A stretch of DNA of 41,384 nt, taken from assembly GCA_964396505.1 (NCBI GenBank), contig CAYNFJ010000001.1:1-41384 (forward strand), given 5' to 3'. Shown in pieces: positions 26,498-35,513 of this stretch (the stretch's first letter is position 1; every line of letters begins with the position of its first letter). This DNA is from an uncultured Polaribacter sp. Lineage in GTDB: Bacteria; Bacteroidota; Bacteroidia; Flavobacteriales; Flavobacteriaceae. A program made the translations under genes and the position numbers. Below the pieces are notes generated by a model. It saw only the letters and a program-made list of their open reading frames with translations. It was not told the DNA's origin and ran no database searches.

Positions 26498-27160
26498 ATG
26501 AAAGAAGCCAATATAACAGTTCATATAGCCGATGATCATAAAATATTAATTGACGGTATAGTAGCTGTTTTAAAAACAGAAAAGAATATTGATGTGGTCG
26601 GTTATTCATTAGATGGGCTTAGTGTTGTAAACTGGCTCAATGATAATGAAGTGGATATTTTGGTGTTGGATATAGGAATGCCGAAATTAGATGGAATAGA
26701 AGTATTACGTTCTTTGCAAAAAAATGGAAACCTGCCCAAAACAATTGTTTTGACCAGTTATAATGATGTAAAACTCATCAAAGAAGTGCTCAAAATGGGT
26801 GCAAAGGGTTTTATTACCAAGGTCAGTGCCGGAGAAAGTATTATTGAAGCTATTAAAACAGTTTATGCCGGAGATATGTATTTTAGTAGTGACATTCGTA
26901 ATAAAATAGTCAATTCTTTTACCGGTAAAAAGGTCAGCGATGAAGCCAATTTTAACGAATACTTCGGGATGCTTTCCGAGAGAGAATTCGAGATTTTAAA
27001 ACTCGTTGCAGAAGAGTATAACAACAAGGAAATTTCTGACATGTTGCATATTACCTCGGGAACGGTTGAAACGCATAAAAAAAATATTATGGCAAAATTA
27101 GGTGTAAAAAATGTAGTAGGTCTAGCCATTTATGTAGTCAAACACAAATTAATCGAATAA
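26498..27160 (+). CDS. LuxR/NarL-family two-component response regulator
   Basis: REC domain (HIADDHKIL..., phospho-acceptor context LVLDIGMPKLDG) plus a C-terminal LuxR HTH (LSEREFEILKLVAEEYNNKEISDMLHITSGTVETHKKNIMAKLG). Confidence 0.93.
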   Translation: MKEANITVHIADDHKILIDGIVAVLKTEKNIDVVGYSLDGLSVVNWLNDNEVDILVLDIGMPKLDGIEVLRSLQKNGNLPKTIVLTSYNDVKLIKEVLKMGAKGFITKVSAGESIIEAIKTVYAGDMYFSSDIRNKIVNSFTGKKVSDEANFNEYFGMLSEREFEILKLVAEEYNNKEISDMLHITSGTVETHKKNIMAKLGVKNVVGLAIYVVKHKLIE

Positions 27161-27181
27161 AACAAGGAAATATTTAGGTTG

Positions 27182-27236
27182 AGGGGGGAAGTGATTCACT
27201 GTACTTATTTACACTCGCAAAACTTCCCTCTTTTTT
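27182..27236 (+). terminator. Possible terminator or attenuator after the response regulator
   Basis: Stem GGGGGGAAGT/ACTTCCCTC (includes G:U pairs), a large 29-nt loop, then TTTTTT. The large loop makes it weak. Confidence 0.45.
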
Positions 27237-27291
27237 ATAAAAAATTTTAAATACCATATATTAATTAACTAACATTTAAACACTATTCATT

Positions 27292-27960
27292 ATGAAACAA
27301 TTATTATTAAGTTTATTGACTATTAGTCTTTTTCTTACTGCTTGCTCCAGTGAAGAAACAGTAACAGAACAAGCCAACGCAAACAACAAAATGTTAAAAT
27401 CTTTTGTTGTTAAGAAAAATGCAGACGGAAGCTATGTGCTTACAACTCAAGTAACCGATGGTGTCGGAGCTATCTACTACGATGATGCTATTGAAAACCA
27501 AGTCCATTTGGTCAAGGATGCTGCCAATAACAAAAACTCCTTGATTCACAACTACGATATAGCCGACGAGCAATTAAAAATCCAATTTATTTCTGAAGAT
27601 GCTTCAGCCAATAGCAGCCTTACTATTTATGATGATGGTAAAAGTGAAGCAAACAGAGCTACGGATTATGGTTTATTAAACAATTATTCCATCACCGCAA
27701 ACGAAGACGGTACTATTCAACTCAACTTTGAAGTAAAAAGTGGTGTAGCGGTCAACTTTGGTTACAATGATGGAGAAAACATCAATGATATTTACTTAAG
27801 TGAAAATCCCGACGCTTCTGATGTGTCTTTTTCAAAAAGTTATTCGACCGAATCTGATGGTAGTTTGCGTATAGATTTTGTACAACCCGCTAGCGCTACC
27901 TCCAGAGAAAGTGATACCAGAAAACCCCGGGTAATTTATGACGACTGCCCCACATGTTAG
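27292..27960 (+). CDS. Hypothetical lipoprotein with an internal tandem duplication and C-terminal CPTC
   Basis: Lipobox signal MKQLLLSLLTISLFLTAC. Two ~90-aa repeats align (KSFVVKKNADGSYVLTTQVTDGVGA... with NNYSITANEDGTIQLNFEVKSGVAV...), and each ends in IYDD (TIYDDGKSE and VIYDDCPTC). I recognise no family. Confidence 0.7.
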   Translation: MKQLLLSLLTISLFLTACSSEETVTEQANANNKMLKSFVVKKNADGSYVLTTQVTDGVGAIYYDDAIENQVHLVKDAANNKNSLIHNYDIADEQLKIQFISEDASANSSLTIYDDGKSEANRATDYGLLNNYSITANEDGTIQLNFEVKSGVAVNFGYNDGENINDIYLSENPDASDVSFSKSYSTESDGSLRIDFVQPASATSRESDTRKPRVIYDDCPTC

Positions 27961-28048
27961 ACGACTTCTTATTTACCAAACACACCTCTTAGTAATATTT
28001 ATATGACGCCTTCTTATTTACCCCGCCCCTTTTTATCCCCTTTTTTTT

Positions 28049-28056
28049 TATCTTTG
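28049..28056 (+). promoter_or_regulatory. Candidate -7 promoter box for the histidine kinase
   Basis: TATCTTTG lies 18 nt upstream of ATG 28074 and overlaps the 3' end of a T9 run (28041-28049). Confidence 0.5.
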
Positions 28057-28073
28057 ACAGATAATATGATTGT

Positions 28074-29867
28074 ATGAAACAAATAAACAGGTTTTTTATG
28101 CTACTAATAGCCCTAGCTATTATCCCCCTTGTATCCCCTGTTTATCTATTTGGTTCGGTAGTAAAATATCCCCCTTTACCCCCACAAAATCCTACTGCTA
28201 TAGCTCCCCGGCTGGCAGTAGGTACTACCGACTCCATACAATTGGTTCACAAACTTTCACAACAAAAAGAGTATAAAAAAGCCCTAGAACTTAGTTTGAC
28301 TATACTGGAAAGAGCCATCACAAAAAAAGACACCTCCCTTATTGCACAATCAAAATTGTTAATAGCCGATATTTTTTATAAATCTAAGAATTACGAAAAA
28401 GCGTTGGAATATTACAAAGAAAGTTTGTTGTTGACTTCAAAAATTAAGGACACGCTCCAGCTTCTCACGATTGAATTGAGTATTGGAACGGTTTATTCCA
28501 AAATAAAACAACCGGACAGTGCTATTGTTTATAATAATAAAATAATCAATTATCCTGCTAATACAGAAGAAATCGAATTTATTAAAGCCGGAGCGCATTC
28601 AAACATGTCCGCAATATATCTCGAAAAAAAAGATTTATTAAAGGCTCAAATCAATGCTCTAAGCGCACTGGAAATACAAGAAAAATATCACAATAACCTA
28701 GCCACAGCTACAGCTCTTAACAATTTAGCATCTATTTATCTAGAACAAAAGAGGTATCGGGATGCGAAACGAACTTATTATGAAGCCCTGTCTCTTATAA
28801 AAGACATGGATGACAGCAGATCTTTGAGCCACAAAGAAGCTATTTATGATAATTTATCTTGGGTGTTGTATAAACTAAAGGACTATAGAAGCTACATTTA
28901 TCAAGAAAAATCTTTTAGAATAAGAGATAGCTTGCGAAATGAACAACTCAGTGGAATTTTGGCAGAAATAGAAGGTAGATACAATGCAGAAAATATCAAA
29001 AAAAGAGAACAGCTAAAAACAGCCGAGCAAAAAAGAGAAAAAGAACACGCCCAAAATATCAACAATATATTAATCGTTATTTCCTTAAGTCTTTTGATTG
29101 GAGGTTGGTTGGTTTATAGATATCTAAAACTACGACAACAAAACCTCAAACTGGAATTAGATCAACAACAACTCTTACAACAAACCAAATTAGAACAAAT
29201 CCAAAGTGAAGCAAGAGAGAAAATACTCAATGCAACACTGGATGGTAAAGAAAGTGAACGAAAAATGATAGCTGAAACACTGCATCATAGTGTCAGTTCT
29301 CTTCTATCCTCTGCCGGTTTACACCTGCAAGCCAGCAAAATGCTCCTCAAGAATAAATATCCGGAAGAAATTGATAAAGCATATTCTATTGTGAATGAAG
29401 CTGCTGATAAAATCCGGAATTTATCACATTCTTTGGTCTCATCGGTTTTATTAAAATTTGGATTGAGCTACGCTGTTCAAGATTTATGTGACAAATATTC
29501 CAACTCCACTTTAAATTTTCATTGTAAATGTGAAAAAATAGGTCGTTATGCGCAAGGTTTTGAATTGAAAATCAACAGTATTATTGATGAATTACTCAAT
29601 AATATTATCAAACATAGTAAAGCGAGTAATGCCGAGATTAAAATTGCCGAAAAAGACAAGACCTTGGAAATCCATATTATAGATGATGGAAAAGGTTTTA
29701 TTCCGAATCAAAGTTTTAAAATAAGTGGATTAGGTCTGCGTCAAATAGAAACCCGGATCAACAAAATGAAAGGTGTTTTTAAAATTGATTCTTCTCTGGA
29801 AGAAGGGACATTAATTTATATTGCTGTACCTATTGAATATGAACAGGAAAGCATAGATCCCGATTAA
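28074..29867 (+). CDS. TPR-repeat sensor histidine kinase (HisKA_3 / NarX-DegS type)
   Basis: N-terminal signal or TM, ~280 aa of TPR-like repeats, a second TM (ILIVISLSLLIGGWLVYRYL) and a coiled coil. H-box ERKMIAETLHHSVSSLL. ATPase motifs NNIIKHS, IIDDGKGF and GLGLRQIE. Confidence 0.9.
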   Translation: MKQINRFFMLLIALAIIPLVSPVYLFGSVVKYPPLPPQNPTAIAPRLAVGTTDSIQLVHKLSQQKEYKKALELSLTILERAITKKDTSLIAQSKLLIADIFYKSKNYEKALEYYKESLLLTSKIKDTLQLLTIELSIGTVYSKIKQPDSAIVYNNKIINYPANTEEIEFIKAGAHSNMSAIYLEKKDLLKAQINALSALEIQEKYHNNLATATALNNLASIYLEQKRYRDAKRTYYEALSLIKDMDDSRSLSHKEAIYDNLSWVLYKLKDYRSYIYQEKSFRIRDSLRNEQLSGILAEIEGRYNAENIKKREQLKTAEQKREKEHAQNINNILIVISLSLLIGGWLVYRYLKLRQQNLKLELDQQQLLQQTKLEQIQSEAREKILNATLDGKESERKMIAETLHHSVSSLLSSAGLHLQASKMLLKNKYPEEIDKAYSIVNEAADKIRNLSHSLVSSVLLKFGLSYAVQDLCDKYSNSTLNFHCKCEKIGRYAQGFELKINSIIDELLNNIIKHSKASNAEIKIAEKDKTLEIHIIDDGKGFIPNQSFKISGLGLRQIETRINKMKGVFKIDSSLEEGTLIYIAVPIEYEQESIDPD

Positions 29868-30361
29868 TTTCTTTTTTCCAATTCTATAATTTCCATATTT
29901 TTAATATCCGAACCATCAATACTAAAACGAAGCATCGTACGCACTTGATGAAATCCTGATTTTCCGGCAGCACCCGGATTTAGATGTAGAAGGGACCACT
30001 TCTTGTCATAAATAATTTTTAAAATATGCGAATGACCGCTAATAAAGAGATCCGGAGAGTTTTGGTATAAAGCTGCTTTTACACGCTTGTTATATCTATT
30101 GGGATACCCACCAATATGTGTCATCCATACCGAGACTTTTTCCACCCTGAATTTGGCATCTAACGAAAATTGCGCCCGGGCTTCTGAACCATCAATATTC
30201 CCATAAACAGCCCTGAGGGGTTTTGATTTCGCTATGGTATCGGTGACTATCAGATTTCCAATATCTCCTGCATGCCAAACCTCATCGGCTTGTGCAATGT
30301 AGCGAAGCATTTGTTCATCTATATAGCCATGCGTGTCAGAAAGAAGTAGTATGTTTGTCAT
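29864..30361 (-). CDS. YfcE/MJ0936-type metallophosphoesterase
   Basis: Motifs LLLSDTHG, AGDIGN, GNIDG and SGHSH in 165 aa. Confidence 0.88.
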   Translation of the reverse strand: MTNILLLSDTHGYIDEQMLRYIAQADEVWHAGDIGNLIVTDTIAKSKPLRAVYGNIDGSEARAQFSLDAKFRVEKVSVWMTHIGGYPNRYNKRVKAALYQNSPDLFISGHSHILKIIYDKKWSLLHLNPGAAGKSGFHQVRTMLRFSIDGSDIKNMEIIELEKRN

Positions 30362-30410
30362 ATCATTTAATAATATCTAGCATTTGCTACCAACTAAAGA
30401 ATTATTAGAA

Positions 30411-31172
30411 ATGCGTTATTTTATCGAAATAGCTTACAAAGGTACCAATTTTCATGGATGGCAAATACAACCCAATGCCAATACGATTCAACAAGAATTA
30501 CAAACAGCCTTAAAAACACTCTTTCATCTTCCCATAGAAGTAGTAAGTGCCGGACGAACCGATGCGGGTGTACACGCATTGCAATTATTTGCTCATTTTG
30601 ATTTACATAAAAAAATAGATACTGATTCTATCGCATACCGGCTCAATGCTCTGCTGCCCAAAACCATTGTTGTAAAAAACATTTTTCCTGTACAAGAGCA
30701 AGCGCACGCACGTTTTGATGCAATATCCAGAAGTTATAAATATCAAATATCTCTAGTCCATAATCCTTTTACATTGGATACCAGTTGGCAGATAACACAT
30801 AAAAAAATAGATGTGGATTTGATGAACAAAGCTGCGGGAATGCTCTTAGTACACTCCAATTTTAAATCTTTTTCGAAAACAAAAACCGATGTAAAAACCT
30901 ATAATTGCACTATTACAACAGCACAATGGATACAAAAACAGAACGAACTGAATTTTTACATTACAGCCGACCGTTTTTTACGTAACATGGTGCGAGCCAT
31001 TGTAGGTACCTTGTTGGATGTAGGACTTAAAAAAATTACCGTAGCCGATTTTGAAAAAATCATCCTAAGTCAAGACCGGTCTAAAGCCGGATTATCTGTT
31101 CCTGCCAAGGGCTTGTTTTTGACAGAAGTCAATTACCCAAATAGCCTTTTTAATCCCTCTCAAGATGCCTGA
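30411..31172 (+). CDS. truA: tRNA pseudouridine(38-40) synthase
   Basis: Homology begins at MRYFIEIAYKGTNFHGWQIQ (ATG 30411, not TTG 30384). The catalytic Asp motif is GRTDAGVHA. Confidence 0.93.
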   Translation: MRYFIEIAYKGTNFHGWQIQPNANTIQQELQTALKTLFHLPIEVVSAGRTDAGVHALQLFAHFDLHKKIDTDSIAYRLNALLPKTIVVKNIFPVQEQAHARFDAISRSYKYQISLVHNPFTLDTSWQITHKKIDVDLMNKAAGMLLVHSNFKSFSKTKTDVKTYNCTITTAQWIQKQNELNFYITADRFLRNMVRAIVGTLLDVGLKKITVADFEKIILSQDRSKAGLSVPAKGLFLTEVNYPNSLFNPSQDA

Positions 31173-32949
31173 CAAAAAGGAGAACATAGAAGAGAAGCTC
31201 AAAGGTAGAACTTTTGATTTAAAGGTTTTTATGCGTATTTTACAATATGCAAAAAAGTATCGTTGGCAATTTATCACAACGGGTATTGCCGCTATTATTT
31301 TATCTTTCTTGGCAAGCGCCCGCCCCATTATTTTAATTCGTATTGTCAACACATACATTGCTCCAAAAGAAGAAAAAGGATTGTTATTTTTAATTGTAAT
31401 AATGCTTATTCTACTGCTCTTAGAAGTATTTGTTCAGTTTTTCTTTGTCTATTTGGCAAATTGGATAGGACAACATATCATTAAAGACATCCGTGAGCAA
31501 TTATTTCATCATATCCTACATTTCAAAATGGCATATATTGATACCTCCTCAATAGGTCGCCTAGTGACTCGCGTGGTTTCTGATTTAGAAACCATAGCCG
31601 GTTTTTTTAGCCAAGGACTGTTTATGATTGTAGGAGATTTGTTAAAAATGACCGTTGTGATGCTCGTCATGCTTTTAATCAATTGGCGATTGGCTTTATT
31701 AACCTTTACCGTATTACCCATACTTATTTATGCGGCAAAATTATTCCAACAAGGCATAAAAAAAACCTTTCAAGAAGTCCGAAAACAAGTTGCCAATCTC
31801 AATAGTTTTGTTCAAGAACGATTAAGCGGTATGACTATTATCCAACTTTTTACCCGAGAGAAATTGGAATTTCGAAAGTTTAAGGAAATTAATACCAATT
31901 ACAAAAATGCTTATATCAAAGCCATTTGGTATTACTCGGTGTTTTTTCCGGTTGCAGAGGTATTGTCTTCTATCGCAGTAGGACTATTGGTATGGTATGG
32001 AGGTTTACAAGCCGCCCGCAATACGCAGGTACAACCCGGAGAAATTATTGGTTTTATAATGATGGCTCAAATGCTTTTCAGACCGCTACGACAAATTGCC
32101 GATAAATTTAATACATTACAAATGGGCATTGTTGCCGGAGAACGTATTTTTAAAATTTTAGATACGCAGAGTCGTACTAGTCGTAATGGCACGCTATCAG
32201 CCGACACCATTCAAGGAAATATTAAATTTGATACTGTTTTTTTTAGTTATGTAAAAGGAGAACCAGTGCTTAAAGGCGTCTCTTTTGAGGTGAAATCCGG
32301 ACAAACCGTAGCAATAGTCGGTGCAACGGGCGCCGGAAAATCAACCATTATCAATCTTATAAATCGTTTTTATGATATAGAACAAGGAAGTATATTAATT
32401 GATGGCATTTCCATAAAAGACTATGATTTAACCGAACTACGTAACCAAATCGCCGTAGTATTACAAGATGTTTTTCTATTTTCTGACAGCATATTGAATA
32501 ATATCACTCTTAAGGATCCTACTATCACATTAGAAGATGTTCAAAAAGCGGCCCGGCAAATCGGAATTGATGCATTTATCAACAAACTACCCGGTGGTTA
32601 TCTTTACAATGTAAAAGAACGCGGCATTATGCTTTCATCGGGACAAAGGCAACTTATCGCCTTTTTGCGTGCTTATGTCAGTAAACCTAAAATATTGATA
32701 TTGGATGAGGCTACTTCTTCTGTAGATAGCTATTCAGAACAATTAATTCAAATAGCTACCGAAAAAATTACGCAAAATCGTACGTCGATTATCATTGCGC
32801 ATCGGTTAGCAACTATAAAAAAAGCCGATACCATTTTGGTGATGGATCAGGGTAAAATTGTAGAGCAAGGCACCCATCAAGAACTCATGAAAATTCCGTA
32901 CGGGTTTTATAAAAATTTATACGAACAGCAGTTTAGCACAAAAGATTAA
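31165..32949 (+). CDS. ABC transporter permease/ATP-binding fusion (MsbA-like exporter)
   Basis: Six-TM N-terminal domain. Walker A GATGAGKST, signature LSSGQRQ, Walker B ILILDEATS. It overlaps truA by 8 nt. Confidence 0.92.
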   Translation: MPDKKENIEEKLKGRTFDLKVFMRILQYAKKYRWQFITTGIAAIILSFLASARPIILIRIVNTYIAPKEEKGLLFLIVIMLILLLLEVFVQFFFVYLANWIGQHIIKDIREQLFHHILHFKMAYIDTSSIGRLVTRVVSDLETIAGFFSQGLFMIVGDLLKMTVVMLVMLLINWRLALLTFTVLPILIYAAKLFQQGIKKTFQEVRKQVANLNSFVQERLSGMTIIQLFTREKLEFRKFKEINTNYKNAYIKAIWYYSVFFPVAEVLSSIAVGLLVWYGGLQAARNTQVQPGEIIGFIMMAQMLFRPLRQIADKFNTLQMGIVAGERIFKILDTQSRTSRNGTLSADTIQGNIKFDTVFFSYVKGEPVLKGVSFEVKSGQTVAIVGATGAGKSTIINLINRFYDIEQGSILIDGISIKDYDLTELRNQIAVVLQDVFLFSDSILNNITLKDPTITLEDVQKAARQIGIDAFINKLPGGYLYNVKERGIMLSSGQRQLIAFLRAYVSKPKILILDEATSSVDSYSEQLIQIATEKITQNRTSIIIAHRLATIKKADTILVMDQGKIVEQGTHQELMKIPYGFYKNLYEQQFSTKD

Positions 32950-33059
32950 CAGGAACAATCTCCTCCACAATCTTTTTTGTTTTTTTTCGAAAAGAAGAAT
33001 TTCTTTCCCAAATAAATCAAGGCTACAACAAGACTGATATAAACGAGTATTTCCTGCAT
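32946..33059 (-). CDS. FeoB-associated Cys-rich small membrane protein (37 aa)
   Basis: MQEILVYISLVVALIYLGKKFFFSKKNKKDCGGDCSC: one TM, a basic linker and a C-terminal Cys cluster. Its ATG overlaps the feoB stop (TAATG). The longer 79-aa ORF-track version would overlap feoB. Confidence 0.7.
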   Translation of the reverse strand: MQEILVYISLVVALIYLGKKFFFSKKNKKDCGGDCSC

Positions 33060-35164
33060 TATTTTAATAATTGGAAGGTGATTAATGCAACCATATAGGC
33101 CAAAGATCCCATTCCTAATAATTGTAAAACAGGCCATTTCCAAGAATTGGTTTCTCTTTTGACCGTTGCCAAAGTTCCCATACATTGCATAGCAAAAGCA
33201 TAGAACATCAATAAGGACATTCCGGTGGCAAAGCTAAAGCGTTTTTGTCCGGTTACCGAATCTACTTCATTTTGCATCCTTTCCTTTATAGTTGCCGTAT
33301 TATTGCCACTATCTTCCACACTGTATATAGTCGCTAGAGTTCCCACAAATACTTCGCGTGCCGCAAAAGAGCTGATCAAAGCGATCCCGACTTTCCAATC
33401 ATAACCCAAAGGCCGGATAGCCGGCTCTATGGATTTGCCGATTTTGCCAATATAAGAATGTGCTATTCTATAGGAGGCTATTTTCGTCTGTAACTCCGAT
33501 GGAGTTAAGGTGGTATTTGCATATTCCTTTTTAACTATCTGCTCAGCTTGGGTATAATCAGTACCGCCATTGGAAGCTAAAAACCATAAAACAATAGAAA
33601 TAGCTAAAATAATTCGTCCGGCGCCCAATACAAAAGCTTTGGTTTTTTCTAAAACCGTAATACCGATGTTTTTAGGAGAGGGAATTTTATAATTGGGCAG
33701 CTCAATCACAAAGAAGCTCTTGCTTTTTATTTTCAACACTTTGTTCAGTAAATAAGCAGAGGAAATAGCCGCCACAAATCCCAAGGCATACAACGCCAAC
33801 AAGGTAAGTCCTTGTAAATTAAAAACTCCCAGATAATGCTTGTCGGGAATAATTAATGATATCAAGATAGCATATACCGGAATTCGAGCGGAACAAGTGG
33901 TGAAAGGAACCACCAATATGGTAATTAAACGTTCACGCCAACTCTCAATATTTCTAGATGACATAATAGCCGGTATCGCACAAGCTGTTCCGGAAACCAA
34001 TGGAATCACACTCTTACCACTCATCCCGTATTTACGCATGATTTTATCCATTAAGAAAACCACTCGACTCATATAACCTGTTTCTTCTAACAAGGCTACA
34101 AATAGAAATAAAATAGCGATCTGCGGGACAAATATCAAAACACCGCCAATACCCGGTATCACTCCTTCTACAATTAAATCGGTAAATTTCCCTGCCGGCA
34201 ATTGTTGTTGTACATAGCTTGCCAGTTGTGAAAAAGATTGATCAATCCACTCCATCGGAATACTTGCCCAAGAAAAAACAGATTGAAAAATAATCATCAA
34301 AATCAAGGCAAAAAACACATACCCAAAAATTTTATGCGTCAATATTCTATCCAATCTACCTCGTAAGTCTGTTCCTGATTTTCTGTCAACAGTATAATTT
34401 TTTTTGAGAATTTCATTGATAACTTGATAGCGAAAAATTGCTTCTTTATGCTGAAATTTCTTGATTTTATCCGGTTTTTCTCTAAAAAAAGAAATCACTT
34501 TTTGCTCTTCAGGTGAAATAAAAGTATTCGTTTCTTTTTGCGTAATTAACAACCAGGATTTATAGATTGAAAATTGTGGTAAAGCTTCTTTTATACGTTT
34601 AAAAAAATGACCATCTATCCGTTGTGATATATCAGCCAAACTTTTGTTGTTTAAATCTTTATAATGAAGTAAAACTTGTTTTAAGGATGCTATACCTGTC
34701 TTTTTTCGAGCACTGACTAATAATACTTTGGTATCTAAATCAGTTTCCAGACCGGATACATTAATCGTAATCCCTTTGCGCGACATCTGATCTGCCATAT
34801 TAATCACTAATACGGTTGGAATGCCCAAATCCTTGATTTGAGTAAAGAGAAAAAGATTTCTTTTAAGATTTTCTACTTCTGCTACAACCACCACCACATC
34901 CGGAAAATCGGGATTGGATTCATCAACTAAGGTATTATAGACAATATCTTCATCGGCAGAAGTGGAATTGATACTATAAGTACCGGGCAAATCGGTTATA
35001 ATCGCCTTAACTGAATCGGATAGATGACAAACACCTTGCTTTTTATCCACCGTGATACCCGGATAATTCCCTACTTTTTGATTCAATCCGGTCAATTGGT
35101 TGAATAAAGAAGTTTTTCCCGTATTCGGATTCCCGACTAAAGCTATTTTAAGAATTTTGGACAT
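33059..35164 (-). CDS. feoB: Ferrous iron transporter FeoB
   Basis: N-terminal G-domain (GNPNTGKTSLFN, DLPGTYS, NMAD) followed by a polytopic permease; 701 aa. Confidence 0.96.
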   Translation of the reverse strand: MSKILKIALVGNPNTGKTSLFNQLTGLNQKVGNYPGITVDKKQGVCHLSDSVKAIITDLPGTYSINSTSADEDIVYNTLVDESNPDFPDVVVVVAEVENLKRNLFLFTQIKDLGIPTVLVINMADQMSRKGITINVSGLETDLDTKVLLVSARKKTGIASLKQVLLHYKDLNNKSLADISQRIDGHFFKRIKEALPQFSIYKSWLLITQKETNTFISPEEQKVISFFREKPDKIKKFQHKEAIFRYQVINEILKKNYTVDRKSGTDLRGRLDRILTHKIFGYVFFALILMIIFQSVFSWASIPMEWIDQSFSQLASYVQQQLPAGKFTDLIVEGVIPGIGGVLIFVPQIAILFLFVALLEETGYMSRVVFLMDKIMRKYGMSGKSVIPLVSGTACAIPAIMSSRNIESWRERLITILVVPFTTCSARIPVYAILISLIIPDKHYLGVFNLQGLTLLALYALGFVAAISSAYLLNKVLKIKSKSFFVIELPNYKIPSPKNIGITVLEKTKAFVLGAGRIILAISIVLWFLASNGGTDYTQAEQIVKKEYANTTLTPSELQTKIASYRIAHSYIGKIGKSIEPAIRPLGYDWKVGIALISSFAAREVFVGTLATIYSVEDSGNNTATIKERMQNEVDSVTGQKRFSFATGMSLLMFYAFAMQCMGTLATVKRETNSWKWPVLQLLGMGSLAYMVALITFQLLK

Positions 35165-35386
35165 CTACAATTTACTAATGGCTATCTGTGAAGCCGTTTC
35201 TACTCTAATAGCTAAATGACTGCCGTTTACACGAATGTATAAAGGATCTTTTAAAGGAGCTTTTTGAATTAATTCTACTTCTTTTCCGGGCAGACAACCC
35301 ATTTCCAATAATTTTAAAGGAATTTTGTCTAAAGCAATATCAGAAATAATACCCCTTTCCCCCACTTGTAAATCAGCAATACTCAT
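35165..35386 (-). CDS. feoA: Ferrous iron transport protein FeoA
   Basis: 73-aa SH3-like FeoA (LEMGCLPGKEVELI...). Its stop codon abuts the feoB ATG. Confidence 0.92.
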   Translation of the reverse strand: MSIADLQVGERGIISDIALDKIPLKLLEMGCLPGKEVELIQKAPLKDPLYIRVNGSHLAIRVETASQIAISKL

Positions 35387-35391
35387 ATTCG

Positions 35392-35414
35392 TTATTTAGA
35401 ATGATTTTAAATAA
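35392..35414. promoter_or_regulatory. Fur-box-like imperfect palindrome between the feoA -7 box and ATG
   Basis: TTATTTAGAAT-G-ATTTTAAATAA: 11-1-11 with one arm mismatch. It contains AATGAT, as in the classical Fur box, and covers the predicted transcription start. Confidence 0.4.
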
Positions 35415-35417
35415 TGG

Positions 35418-35425
35418 CAAAGATA
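35418..35425 (-). promoter_or_regulatory. Candidate -7 promoter box for feoAB
   Basis: Plus-strand CAAAGATA is TATCTTTG on the minus strand, 32 nt upstream of the feoA ATG. Confidence 0.5.
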
Positions 35426-35513
35426 CTATTTTTTAGAAAACAGCAATTGGTTCAGAAAATAATTATTCTAAAATTTGAGAGCGATGGTGTAGTTCCATAT
35501 TATACCGAAGGTA

